From IMG/VR virus record IMGVR_UViG_3300030104_005071, positions 1,343 through 65,342 of that record: a stretch of DNA of 64,000 nt; one strand, written 5' to 3'. Of the stretch, positions 18,867-30,800 are shown piece after piece. The translations under genes were made by a program, and so were the position numbers. The notes below the pieces were generated by a model. The model saw nothing but the letters and a program-made list of their open reading frames with translations. It was not told the DNA's origin and did not search any database. Within the stretch, counting starts at the first letter, position 1, and every line of letters starts with the position of its first letter. The DNA is from a virus (taxonomy: Duplodnaviria; Caudoviricetes).

Positions 18867-19706
18867 ATGAACGTATTAATTCCAAAATTTAGCCCGCTTA
18901 CTTGGTTGGGTTTTGTTGCGTTTTACATTCTTTGCCTACTTGAAGGTGGTGAGCCGAATCCTGATTTTCTTCGTGCGGAGCTTCTTACTGCGGGTTTGTT
19001 GGCGGTTACTGCGGGAGCATCTATTTATGGTGCGGTGTCTGCGAATAATCGACAAAAAGATGCGTTGGCCCAACAAGAAAAAGCCATGCAGATGCAGAAA
19101 GAGGCCGAAGAGCGAAGGCGTAAGGATGTTCAAGAGGGTTTTGGTGATGAGCACAAAGCGGCATCTAAGCGTCTAAAAAAAGGCAAATATGGTATTAGTC
19201 GCGCCAAGAAACTAGAGGGTACTGAAGAAGCTGGTCGGGCATTGGCCGCAGCACAGAAAAGTACTCTGGCCGAGTATGAGCGTGGCGATGAGGGTCGTAT
19301 TTTTTCTGGTCGTCGAGAGGCTGCAAAGCGTGATTTTGCTCGTGCCGCCCTTGGTGACGCAGCCCAATATACATTGGGGCAAACAAGGCTCGGGGAAGAG
19401 ATAGCAGAAAACCAACGACAGCGCGACATTGGAATCAAACAAAACTACACTTCTATGTTGGCTGGATTACCCCCTTCGGGGCTACCTGGTATGGCTTCAT
19501 CTACCGCGCAGATGATGGCGGGCATGACCTCTCCGGGAGAGCGTGCGGCTCAACTGGGTATGCAGGGCATGACTGCGGCAGCACACATGGGTGCTTTTGA
19601 CAAGAAAACGCCTGCGGCAACACCTGCGGCTGACACTCCTATTGACACTGCCGTTGCGGCTGACGTGGGTGCTCCAGCAGCAACACCGGCACCAGCAGCA
19701 GCATAG
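18867..19706 (+). CDS. Probable ejection (internal virion) protein
   Basis: Hydrophobic N-terminus, AGASIYGA, Q/A/K coiled coil, G/M/A-rich tail. Confidence 0.55.
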   Translation: MNVLIPKFSPLTWLGFVAFYILCLLEGGEPNPDFLRAELLTAGLLAVTAGASIYGAVSANNRQKDALAQQEKAMQMQKEAEERRRKDVQEGFGDEHKAASKRLKKGKYGISRAKKLEGTEEAGRALAAAQKSTLAEYERGDEGRIFSGRREAAKRDFARAALGDAAQYTLGQTRLGEEIAENQRQRDIGIKQNYTSMLAGLPPSGLPGMASSTAQMMAGMTSPGERAAQLGMQGMTAAAHMGAFDKKTPAATPAADTPIDTAVAADVGAPAATPAPAAA

Positions 19707-19716
19707 AGGAATACTT

Positions 19717-22700
19717 ATGTCTACCTACAACATGGTTACGGTCGCAGCAGCGATTCAAAATCGTAAACGTCAGAACGAACTAAATGCAAAAGAGTTAGAG
19801 GCGTACGCTGTTTCAGCCGGGTTGCTTCAGCGATCTAAGGCAGTCGAAGGTATTGAGAGTAGACTTACTGCTGTACGCAAAGAAATGTACGTAATGAATG
19901 CGGACAAGCTGAAGCTCAAGCTTAAGTACTTTCAGGACAGAGATAATTTAGCCTACAAGATTCAAAAACTTAATCTTGAAGATCAGTGGAAACAAAGAGA
20001 CATTATTGCTCGGGAAATAACAGATCATGCGAAAACGCAGAAAAAACTGCTCGAGGGACTAAACGCCGAGGACAAGGAGGCTACCCGGCGATTAAACGGA
20101 CTATTCGAGGGGAAGGTAAAAACTAGTACGAATAGGGCTATTGCAAGATTCAAGTCTCTTACAGATTTAGATCTTTCAACGGACTCAAAAGATTTACTCA
20201 ATCCCGGCGTAAAAAAGGGTCACGCCAACTCGATGAAAATTTGGATGGATAAGATCAATGCCGAGGTTCCAGGCAATCTACAAATTTTCAACACGAGTGG
20301 GCCATCGGGTGCGATTCTAAATTTAGACGAGCTTAAAGACGCGGATAATCCAGACAATCCCCTGAGAAAAGCTGGTTTGAGTCGGGGATCAATTATCACT
20401 GCGTTTGAGCCCGCAGGCTCGAGTTTATTCGACCAGTACAACGAGCATCAAGAAAGTAGCTACAAAGCATTAGGAAAGGCTGAAGAGGCCATTAAGGATC
20501 TAGAGAGTAAAGCTGCTGCAATTCAGAATTCTAAAACTCCAGAAGAATTAAAAACTCATTTGGATATTCGAGATGATTTAATCAAGCACGATGAAGTCTT
20601 TACGAAAGGCTCGGGTATTGACACAGCAAATCTGAACCAACTTACAGAAGAGCTTGCGCTATATGAATCTGCTCAGCGGTCTGAGAAGCGATTAGAAAAA
20701 TTAGCCAACGAGCTTGTCCGAGAGCGACCAAGTGAGGCGGTTAAATTGCGCAATCAAATGGCTCGTCGTATGTCGAGTCCTTATATTCGTGCGTGGGCTC
20801 GGGACAATGGATTCGATGAGCTTGGTCACGTCACGGTAGAAGACGGTAAATACGACCCAGCGAGCTATATCCCTGGACGTGACGACATGGCGGTTGTACG
20901 TGCGTTTAACCGTCAGGCTGGTCGTGGTGCAGGTCGGTACGGCTTTAAGAGCATTGGAAGCGGTGACATTGTTCAGGTGACCGTTGATGGTTCTCCCGTT
21001 GTGGGTGAGCGGTTGAAGTATCATGCAGGTGATCCTGTAGGTACGGTGCGAGTGATGACGGAGACTGGTGAGGTCATCACGTTGGCTCCTGGAGATGTCG
21101 ATCAAGTTGTTGTGATTGAGCGTAGACCTGATCGTGTGTCTCCATTGGTTAACCGGGCAAAGGGCCGCGCTTATCGTATGCAAGACCAGATTAGAGCGGC
21201 TAGAGAGCGAGCGGGCGTATCCGTACCGGGCTCAGAAGATAATGCGTTTATATCGGAGCAAGGTAACTATGTGATAGATAGCGATACGGGTCGCTATATC
21301 GATGAGCTTGAGCATAATCAAAAGTTAGATGAATTTATTGAGAATGATACGATTCAAGGAAAGGTCGTTGACGGTAAGCAGTACTTAGTCAAACAAATTG
21401 ACGGTACAATGTTTGAGTTTGTGACGGCTGAAGACGGTACGTCACAGTTGATTCCTGTTGACATTGAAGACAAAAACTTACAGGCTCAGATTACAGCCGC
21501 ACCTGCTCGTCGCGTGATCGGATCGTTTGCTGTTGAAGGCCAAGACGAGCCAGAGCGTCGACTGTTGAAACGAACGGATACCGATGTTGCGGGTTTAGAC
21601 CTTATGTTTGAGCCTTTAATGGGCGAAGATGGCTACTCGGAGGAATCCGTAGCGTATTTTGAATCGGGCGAACAGCAGAAGCGGGCTGGCGTTTCGTTCG
21701 ATGAGTTGGGCTACAAGGAAACAGATCAAAAGTTTAGTCCACTTGCCGGTCAAACGTACAAGAACGAATACAGCGTTGGCGGTATGAAGTTTGTGGATCT
21801 GGACCAAGCTCCACCCTTACCACCTTCACCATCAGAGGGACTGACCGTACCGGGTAAACCCGCAGATCAGCCGACAGGTATGCCAGGTATTACTGAGCAG
21901 ATTGAAGAAGATGCAGCGAAGATGGGAGAACGCCCTGAAACACCAGAAGAAGTTTCAGGTCAACCAGTTGAACCAGAGCGTGTGGATAAGGGTGAAATAG
22001 AGGTTGACGAAGTTGCGATGCAATGGGACATGCAGGCAAAATTAAATGCAGCCAAAGGTGAGCCGCCCCCACCATTACCCGAAGGGTATGAGGTGGTTCA
22101 AGGTGAGGGTCTACGGAAGATCACGGAGCAACCAGAACCTACGCCGCAACAACCTCCACCACCGCCCGCAGACGAACTCGACACCTCCGAGCTTGATTTA
22201 GAAGCAATCACGGGAACGCCGCAACAGTCACCTGCCCCGACGCCAACCCCTACGCCGACTGTACCTACACTAATGTCCGACGATGAGTTGGAGGCTATCT
22301 CTGCCCCTGAGTCAGATGAGGACCGCAAGAAAAGAGAAGAAGAGCACGCTGCTCGAATGGCACAGCTTCAGGCTCTGGGTGCTCGGGTTCAGGCTCGTCT
22401 CGATGAGAAAAAAGACAAGGGTAAGGGTAAGACGACTGAGCTTCCTGCTGACGCAGCATCAATCTTAGAAGCAACACCTGAGAGTCAAGCGAAAGCTAAG
22501 AAAGAGGCTGAGAAAAAGAGCGGCAAATCCTTTAAACTATTGAATGAGCTACTTGTAGATAGATCAAAAGATTCAGGTAACATTCTTTTGTCGGATAAAT
22601 TTGATCTATATCTTGAAGCTTCTAAGGCAGAAGGTCTAACCGTACAGCAAGCGACTGAACGATTAAGAACTTCGATGTCGAATTTTGAAGACGAGTCTGG

Positions 22701-23286
22701 TAAGCCGGTCCCACTTAAATTGGTTGATGGTGAAGTTGTACGAGTTGAGCCACCTACAACCGACGAAGAAAAATCTCCAGAAGATCCGCTCGGCCAAAGA
22801 TTAGAAGAAGTTGACGAGGAAGACGAGGTTGCGGCACAGGTTAGTGAGGTCGTAGGCGATCCACCAGAGACTAAAGTTGCGCTTACGCCAGAGCAAGAAG
22901 CCGCAGAGAAAGCTGCCTCGATAGCACAATCGAAATCAGCCATAGAGGAAATGAAGGGTACTGACGCGGGTAGATTTACTTCGGCTGACGCCAAACGGAA
23001 AAGTGATGTTGCGGCGGCTACTTCAGCGTTGAGTTTCCTCGATGCTATGAGCGATGACAAAGATAAGGACGCGGATACGGTTCAAGCAGAAGGTGACATG
23101 CCAACTGCTGGCATAGTACCAGGAAAGACTACGGCGGAATCCGTTAAACAAATGGATGATATGCTGAAGCGAATGGAGAAGTTTAAGAAAGACGCTGATG
23201 CTAAGAGGGCGTCACAGCAAAGTTTTGAACAAGGGTTAGATACAATTGGCGATATTCAACCAAGCACACCATCTAACCTACCTTAG
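19717..23286 (+). CDS. Large internal virion/ejection protein
   Basis: About 1,189 aa from ATG 19717 (SD GAGGA); coiled-coil N-terminus, Pro/Glu-rich disordered C-half. Confidence 0.6.
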   Translation: MSTYNMVTVAAAIQNRKRQNELNAKELEAYAVSAGLLQRSKAVEGIESRLTAVRKEMYVMNADKLKLKLKYFQDRDNLAYKIQKLNLEDQWKQRDIIAREITDHAKTQKKLLEGLNAEDKEATRRLNGLFEGKVKTSTNRAIARFKSLTDLDLSTDSKDLLNPGVKKGHANSMKIWMDKINAEVPGNLQIFNTSGPSGAILNLDELKDADNPDNPLRKAGLSRGSIITAFEPAGSSLFDQYNEHQESSYKALGKAEEAIKDLESKAAAIQNSKTPEELKTHLDIRDDLIKHDEVFTKGSGIDTANLNQLTEELALYESAQRSEKRLEKLANELVRERPSEAVKLRNQMARRMSSPYIRAWARDNGFDELGHVTVEDGKYDPASYIPGRDDMAVVRAFNRQAGRGAGRYGFKSIGSGDIVQVTVDGSPVVGERLKYHAGDPVGTVRVMTETGEVITLAPGDVDQVVVIERRPDRVSPLVNRAKGRAYRMQDQIRAARERAGVSVPGSEDNAFISEQGNYVIDSDTGRYIDELEHNQKLDEFIENDTIQGKVVDGKQYLVKQIDGTMFEFVTAEDGTSQLIPVDIEDKNLQAQITAAPARRVIGSFAVEGQDEPERRLLKRTDTDVAGLDLMFEPLMGEDGYSEESVAYFESGEQQKRAGVSFDELGYKETDQKFSPLAGQTYKNEYSVGGMKFVDLDQAPPLPPSPSEGLTVPGKPADQPTGMPGITEQIEEDAAKMGERPETPEEVSGQPVEPERVDKGEIEVDEVAMQWDMQAKLNAAKGEPPPPLPEGYEVVQGEGLRKITEQPEPTPQQPPPPPADELDTSELDLEAITGTPQQSPAPTPTPTPTVPTLMSDDELEAISAPESDEDRKKREEEHAARMAQLQALGARVQARLDEKKDKGKGKTTELPADAASILEATPESQAKAKKEAEKKSGKSFKLLNELLVDRSKDSGNILLSDKFDLYLEASKAEGLTVQQATERLRTSMSNFEDESGKPVPLKLVDGEVVRVEPPTTDEEKSPEDPLGQRLEEVDEEDEVAAQVSEVVGDPPETKVALTPEQEAAEKAASIAQSKSAIEEMKGTDAGRFTSADAKRKSDVAAATSALSFLDAMSDDKDKDADTVQAEGDMPTAGIVPGKTTAESVKQMDDMLKRMEKFKKDADAKRASQQSFEQGLDTIGDIQPSTPSNLP

Positions 23287-23302
23287 ATAAAGGAATTTAA
23301 TC

Positions 23303-23719
23303 ATGGCTGCTGGAAACAACCCAACAGAGACTTCGTACCAAGAATATAAAGAAAACAAATTAAAAGAAGCTCAGGCGAAGAAAGATCATGAACCTTCGAC
23401 AACAGATAAAGGTACGGCAGCGAAGAAACTAAAGGAACGCCGGAAGAAGTTTAAGTTTAAACTACCTAAAGTTGAGGGGTTAGATGAAGACCGGTCTGAT
23501 GACGTGGCTTCTGCGATGTCTGTTTTTGCGGGTGGTACAGGTGGCTCAACTGGAGATTCGTCAGGTTCTCCGAGTGGTGCGAATCTGATGACTGTGGCGC
23601 AGGCGTTTCAAGATCGTAAAGACGAAAAAGAAGCTAGGGAGTTGGCACAAAAGAAAGCTCAAATACAAGCTGAAAGAGATGCAAAAATAGATGCCCTGCT
23701 GGATAAGTCATTAGCGTAA
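23303..23719 (+). CDS. Hypothetical protein
   Basis: 138 aa, SD AAGGA. Confidence 0.65.
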   Translation: MAAGNNPTETSYQEYKENKLKEAQAKKDHEPSTTDKGTAAKKLKERRKKFKFKLPKVEGLDEDRSDDVASAMSVFAGGTGGSTGDSSGSPSGANLMTVAQAFQDRKDEKEARELAQKKAQIQAERDAKIDALLDKSLA

Positions 23720-23737
23720 TAAGGTTTAGAGGTTTTT

Positions 23738-24865
23738 ATGTCGGGGCTTCCACCACCGCCAAAAGGATTGACTTGGTCATCGGCTAAAAGGTCAGTCAAC
23801 GTTGCGAAACAAGTACCCGTTGTTCCTGAAACCGACGTTAGTGGTAGTGCGGAAGTTGTCTCGGTTGGTGCGCCTAAAACACCGATTGAAGTTGAACCGT
23901 CGCCCCCTCCACCACCGCCGCCACCACCTCCCGTCCAGGAGCCTGAGCCTGTTGAAACAGCGACCGAGTCTACCGATGCGGCTCCGTATTTACCGCCACC
24001 GGTTTATTCTTCTGTAGGTGTGTTGGGTGGTCGAAAGACGTTTGGTTTTTTGCCTTCGATATTAAGCCCAAGCCAGTCTCTACCAGGCGTTAAATCGACT
24101 GAGCAGCATCAAAAAGATCTTGAACGGCAGAGACTTACAACGACTCCCGAAGAAAGGTTAGCTCTAAAACGACAAGAGTATTTACGTTCTCGTGGCGCAA
24201 CCAAAGCAAGTAAACTACGCGTTGAACCTACAGATCGATCAGATCTTGAAACATACGCACTTGCTTCTAGGTTGGGTTTACCTAATAATTACCCGACGTT
24301 TGAGATTGATTCAGAAAGTGGTATGCCAGTAATGCGGTTAAATCCTAGCGGTAAGGTTACGCCCGATAATCCTGAAGGTTTATTGGAGTTGGATCGGGGT
24401 CAATTTTTCGCGGGGTCGTATAGGACTAAAGAAGGTGAGAATTTCCCGTTAACGCCGAATCTTATACGTGTTGGTATCGCAAAAATCGATAGAAGTATAT
24501 CACCTCTAAAGCAAAAGATATTTGATATCGAGGATGAGTTGGGCGATGCTCAAAGAGTCATTGATGAAATGGATGAGATTAAAAATATTCCTCCTATGAT
24601 TGTCGGCCTGCGGTTTACTGAGTACAAAAACGAGAAACCGTTTACGCCCCAGCAGAAAAAATTGGTTCAAAAATATATTCGTGAACACGATCAAGGTGGT
24701 CGATATTACGATACAGTTAGTTTTGATCAAGACTATAATGATATGCTTGATCGAATTGAACAACTCAAAGCTGAAAAAGCTGCTTTTACTGAAGCGCGTA
24801 CACCCCGAGAAGCTGCTAAGGCTAGATTGGAATATCAGTTACACACATTGTTGAATCAGAAATAA
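23738..24865 (+). CDS. Hypothetical protein, Pro-rich N-terminus
   Basis: 375 aa, poly-Pro run, coiled-coil C-terminus. Confidence 0.65.
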   Translation: MSGLPPPPKGLTWSSAKRSVNVAKQVPVVPETDVSGSAEVVSVGAPKTPIEVEPSPPPPPPPPPPVQEPEPVETATESTDAAPYLPPPVYSSVGVLGGRKTFGFLPSILSPSQSLPGVKSTEQHQKDLERQRLTTTPEERLALKRQEYLRSRGATKASKLRVEPTDRSDLETYALASRLGLPNNYPTFEIDSESGMPVMRLNPSGKVTPDNPEGLLELDRGQFFAGSYRTKEGENFPLTPNLIRVGIAKIDRSISPLKQKIFDIEDELGDAQRVIDEMDEIKNIPPMIVGLRFTEYKNEKPFTPQQKKLVQKYIREHDQGGRYYDTVSFDQDYNDMLDRIEQLKAEKAAFTEARTPREAAKARLEYQLHTLLNQK

Positions 24866-24868
24866 TTT

Positions 24869-27800
24869 TTGGAGTCGAATACTGTCGTGGCTGAAACTGA
24901 CACACCTGTAGAACCTGATCTCTCTGAAGCAACCGAGAGTATGTTGTCTTTACCGGCAGAAGGTGAAGACACTGAAATCGAAGAAGACAACATTGATTTA
25001 AAGCCATACACGTTGGCAGAAACAATTCGGACGCAGCGTGATTTAGCTTTTGCCCCTGACATACCTAAAGAGCTACAGGGCAAATTTTTATCTGTACCTG
25101 AAATCGTAGAAGCTCATAGTCAGCGGCTCGGTATATCTAAACAAAGACTGAAGAGAGCGGCGGCGAATCAAGGTCTTGATTTGAGTGTTTTAATTACTGG
25201 AATCGGTAGTCAAGGTCGCGACGTTAATGACGTATTCAAAGAGCTAAAAGATTTGGGTACGGTTGCTTTTGACCCACCCGAAACTCGCACCGATAAGATG
25301 AAGGAGTTTCGTCGCGCACGAATGACGGATCAACGTCAAGTCGACATTAACAAAATTGCGAACGCAAAAATCGATGCAGGAAAGGTAAAGTTTAATTTTA
25401 GTCCTGAAGAGCTTGCGGTAACTCGACCTCAAAAGACCGTTGACTTTAAGAAGATTAAAGATCTATCTAAGCGTCAGGCCGCAGTCGCAGAAATTGTGTA
25501 TGACATGGGATCTGATACCGGTATGAGTCGTGATCAGATGGCGGCAATCTTAGCGAATGGAATTGCTGAAAGCCGACTTGATCCTTTTGCGGAGTCTCCT
25601 GGTAGTGAGGATTCGCACGGTATCTGGCAGTTTAATCGCGGAGGTTCAGGTGAAGGTGTCGGGTTTACTGTAGAGCAGCTTCAAGATCCTAAGTTTCAGA
25701 TGGAAAAAATCATTGCGGCCACAAAGGATCGTGATGAGCTTAAAGGATTTAGAGACACTAACGCTGATGCAAACGAGCTTACAAAGCAGTTTATGATCCA
25801 TTTTGAGAAACCTCAAAATCAATCAGAGACTAAGATCAAGCAACGCCAGTCTTATGTGGCTCAAGCACAAAGATTGCTAGATGAAGCCGAAAAGAATTCT
25901 CCGAAAGCCCAGCACATGGCTAAGGTCACAAAGGAAAAGAGCAAGCAGCTTAAGAGAATCGTTAACGAAGGTAGTCGGGTAAAGTTTCGGGTAGGCACTG
26001 ATAGAGAGGCCCCCGGCGGTGACGTTGCAAACGAGGTTGTTAAGCCTGGTTCAAAAGTCTACAAAGAGGTTGAAGACGAAGTTGAAATTCTTATCAATCC
26101 TGACAAGGCTCGTGAGAAGGGTGGTGACCCGAAACGTGCGAGGTTGATGCAGAATCTTTTGGCTAAATATCGTAGCGGTGACACATCAGACCAACTTCAT
26201 AATTTGTTTGAAGAGGGCGCTTTTTACGATCTGTATTCTTCAGCGGTAAACTATGACGTAGATCTCGCAGCAAGTAAATTGGGCATCGATCCGAATGAAT
26301 TTATGCTTAAAGCGAAAGATGCTCGATCGAAAGAAGGTCAAATTTGGAGGGAGATTCTACGCAGTAACCGTGACCAGGCAGCAAAGTTTCAGACACTAAA
26401 TAAGCTTGGTGTACCGGCGTTTGTGTCCTATGAGTTTATGGACCCAGACAACTGGATGGGTGAGCGTCGAACAGATTCAGACGACCCGTACTTGTCTCGT
26501 TGGTGGGACGCAACTTCGGGTAACCGTGTTGAGCTTGTGGGTTTGGACAAAGACAAAATTCCTGTGTTTCGGGCGCAGCATCATTTAGCTTCTTTTGCGG
26601 ACAAACTTGATTTGGTTTTGAGCATGGGGGCGGGAGCACTTGAGCGATCATTACGTGGACCGGAAGACGAATCTCTCGGGGAAGCAATAAAAGAAGGTTC
26701 AATTGAAGGCATCAAAAATGCACGGAACCTGACTAAGTTTATGCTCTCGACTGAGGCGGCAAGAAGTAACGGTATTTCAGCGTTGGCTTTGGGTATGGTT
26801 GGTTTTGGTGGGGATATTCTTACACCTGACCCCACAATTGGTCTTGCAATGGTTGCGTCTTCGACTCGGAAAGCGGCTAAAAAAATTGCTCCGTTACTGA
26901 ACAAAAGACACATTCCGAAAGCTTTAGATGACATGGACACCGTTGCGACGGAGATGATCGAGTCTCAAAAGTTAATCGTACGGGCCAAAGAAGAATTTGC
27001 CGCAGGTAATATTGAGGCGGGTCAGAATCTTTTAGATCAAGCCAAAGAAGCTGCTCTTAAAGCTGAACGTGCTGAGCGTAATATTAAAAGCAAGCTTCCA
27101 AAACTTATGGAAGAAGTAGATCGTACTGACGGTGGTCTTGCTCGTGAGATTGCGAGAGATACCCCAATTATTAAGGGTGGCAAAGAGTCTGATCAAGCTG
27201 CGAAAGAAATAGGGTTCTCTGACTTCGGTGTACGTAGAGATTTCGTTCATCCATCCTATAATCGAATCGAGGCTCGCGGCGGCGGTGATTCCCAGATTGT
27301 CAGACGTTCTGAATTCTTTGATGTCAGCACAAAAATTGACAATCTTAAGGATCTTGCGACACGGATAGAGGCAGGTGATGTGGGTAAAGCCTACACACCA
27401 GAAGTGCTTTCCGAGGCTCTTACACCGCTACAAAATACTTTTGCGACTATTCTTGCGGGTAGGGGTTTTTCAAAAGCCAAGAGCGCCAAGACACAATCAC
27501 CTGAAGTTACGGACTCATTAATTAGTTTCTTCGACTTTTTAGGTAGCACTCGAACGGCTGAAATGATGGTTGAGGAACCTGAAAAGTTTCGGGCGACGGC
27601 TATGGATATGTTCAACCGAATTCCAACGCTGCCACGCAAAACCGAAATCTTTGGTGATCTCGAAGGTGACATTACAAAGGCTCTCGACAAAGCAGCAAAA
27701 ATTGCAGCGCGTTCAGACAAGGCTACCGAAGCTGCTGATTTATCGAAGACGCTAGTCGATGTTACGGATGGTGTTGCCGGAATTGCAGAGTCTCGTGGCG

Positions 27801-30800
27801 CATCTCACGCCCTTGTTCGTGGCGCTATTGCCGGGGAACAAGGTGTCAAGATCAAACCTTCTATCCCTGACGTTGCAAGCCGCTACGACGAAATCGGCAA
27901 CGACAAGATCTCCTTCACAGCCCTGGACTTCCGCAACGAGCTTGAGACTGCATTCCCCGCCCTCCGAGGCGACTCCGCAATGCACATTGCCCGCTACCTC
28001 GATGCTCGCTTAAAAGCCATCCACCGCGAAACAAACGAACCCGTTGAAATTATCTTCGAGACCCGCGAATTCAAAGACATCATCCCTAACCTCAAACGTA
28101 AGCAGTTGGCAGAAACCGGTGAAGAAGCTGCTGATGTACAGTTTTCGAAAGTGCTTGATAGTGAAGGTCGAGACTACGGGTTTGAAAACATAACCACAAA
28201 AGAAATTCGAGATCTTATTGATGACTCTACGGATCTAGGTGCTGGTTTAGGCTTTAAGGTTGAAGATGGTGTCCTTTCAATTCGTGAAGTTGCCTTACCT
28301 GAAAATCTTCAGGGTAAAGGTATTGCGACAAAACTATACAAAGCTGCATTGCGCCGAGCAAAAGAAGCAGGCTTAAGTTTTACGAGTGATCAGAATCCAA
28401 CCCCTGAAGTAGCTAAGATCTATGAACGTTTGATGGAAGAAGGCATACCTATTGAGGTAAAGACTGTTCGTGAGAGCGGTCGATTCGTTACCCGGTATAC
28501 AATCTCAAGCGACAAACTGTCAAAAGTATCCGACGACTTACTTGAGTTTGTTGACGAAGCTAAGCAATTAGAAAATTACAAAAATCTTTGGTTACCTGAT
28601 TTTGTCGAGGACGGACAAAAAACTGTTCGTGCCATGGAAGAGGCAACTAACGTCGAAGACTTTATGCTCGAGATTAATCGGATATCTCGACATGAGCTTA
28701 ACCAAGATCAGATGAGCGCCGTCACTAAGTGGTTATCTTCGAAGGGTATTAAAGTTGGGTTTCGCGGCTCACGTTTTGTTGCCGATGATCCTGCTGCGAT
28801 ACAGCAAGCAGAGGAAACTTTTGCTCGGGCGTTCGCTGAATATGTTGATGGTCAACCACCACCAACAGAAAAGATCGAATCTGCTTTTGAGCGCGTGAAA
28901 GGTGCGTTGGTAGATCGATTTGCGTCAGCTAAGAATGCATCTGTTGACGGTGCTAAGTTTAATCCATCTGCTGAGATTGAAAAAGTTTTTGGTGACATGC
29001 TTGCAAATCAGCCTGCAAATTCTAAAAACGCACCAAAGATTTTTAGTATCATTAAGCGTGCTTTGATTGATGACTTACCGACAAACACGACACAAGAGTT
29101 TTTGGTTAGCATTGCAAAAGAGACAGACCGTATGGGTAATCCCATATCGGTAAAAGAATTAAAGCAACGAATGGTACAGCTAGTTGAGCAATATAAAAAA
29201 GCTGACCCGTTAGACAGAAAAGATATTCGAATCGAGCTTCCTGCACCTGTGTCTCTTGGCGGCTTATTGTCTCCCACAGGACCAAAACAATCGTTTACTC
29301 TGGAAGAATTTAGTCGGGGAGCACTAAACTACGCTCAACGTAAACGGTTAATCGATAATCCTGGGACGCGAAAGATTGCGTTAGAGAGTGATGTCTCTCC
29401 AATTAGAGAGCTTCAACCCACACAAATTATCGATCAGTATTTAAGTCAGTCTAACGTTGTAAAGAGGTTTATTGGCCGTACTTATTTAGGGTTTGACGCT
29501 CTCGAGGACATGCGGGATTTACCCCCAAAAGTCCGAGAAGCTATTATGGCCGGTACTCGTATGACACAGCAATCTATCGGTGATGCTGTTTCGCTGGTCT
29601 CTGATGGCGATTATTCTATGCTGCTACGGTACTTGACTGGTGATCCTACAGTTAAGCTGAGAACCGGTCGACAAGTATTCAGCGCGGGCCATGACTCTGT
29701 TTCTGATGGTTTCGAATCTTTCCGATCATACATTGAGAGTTTTGCTCTCGAAGACGCCATGGGCTACAATCGTTTGGTTGAATATTTTGAGACGGGTAAA
29801 ATTGGAAAGAAATCAGCAACCCAGTTTCCAGATGAAGTAGCGAAAGCAGCGAAGACACTTATTCTTAATTCAAAAGGAAACAGGCTACTTAAAGATATAT
29901 TTGGCTCACTTAAACCTGGTCATGTGATTGAAAGTGATTCAAACACGATTCGCCCTGAGCATTTAGAGATCATCGAGAACCTTTTTTACCACACGGGTAA
30001 AAGTCGACGGAAAAATGCTCAAGATGTTTTGACCCTATTCAGAGGTAGTTCGCGGCAGCAATTTGATTCGCTCTATAAAATGCTCGATGAAATGTATCCG
30101 ATGAAGACGGCGAAGGATCATCCTGTGGCTAATCGTGTAGCTGTTTTATTCTCGGCTCATGGTGCCGCGATGAAAGCTCGTAAGGAATGGGTTGATTTGG
30201 GTATTGCTGTTGACGCCAAAACAGCGGCTGATTTTAAGAAGTGGATTATTGGTGAGGGTTTAGACACGGACGCGGAAGCCGCGAAAGTAAAGCAAGCGTT
30301 TCAAGTTTTTGGTTACAACCCCAGGTTTATGGAAGCTCTGGAGTTAGACGGCTTTGGTGACGTTTGGGTTCCCGCAGCAGCCCGCAGAAAATTAGCTTTG
30401 GCTTTAGAGCAAGCAACTGATCCAACGATAAAATTAGATTTCGGTATGTTGGAGACAATTGGTCAAGGTTTACGGGAGGCGAATATGAGTGCTGCTGCTG
30501 CGGCGTTTACTTTCCGTTACCTCAAGACGAAGATGGTTCGCGGTCATTTCTTGTTGAAGTCTCGGTATTTCTGGATGAACACAATGGATCACTTCAATCA
30601 GATGAGCCAGATTGTTGGTTTTAGACCTGCATTTATCTCATCTGTGAGATTAGTTCCTCAGTCGCTTGTGACAAACCCTTGGGTTCAGACAGCGTTGGTA
30701 GGTATTCAGAAAGCAGGCAAGGACGATGTAGGTGAGGTGATGCGGGGTGCGTTGTCTGCTGCTGGTGATGAAGGCGCTCGGTGGGCTTCAGCGTTGATGC

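Noticed and set aside
22485-23060. Long antisense ORFs (also 5863-6306, 33517-34068, 62343-62960)
   Set aside because: Ser/Leu-rich mirror frames of real genes, without RBS or motifs.
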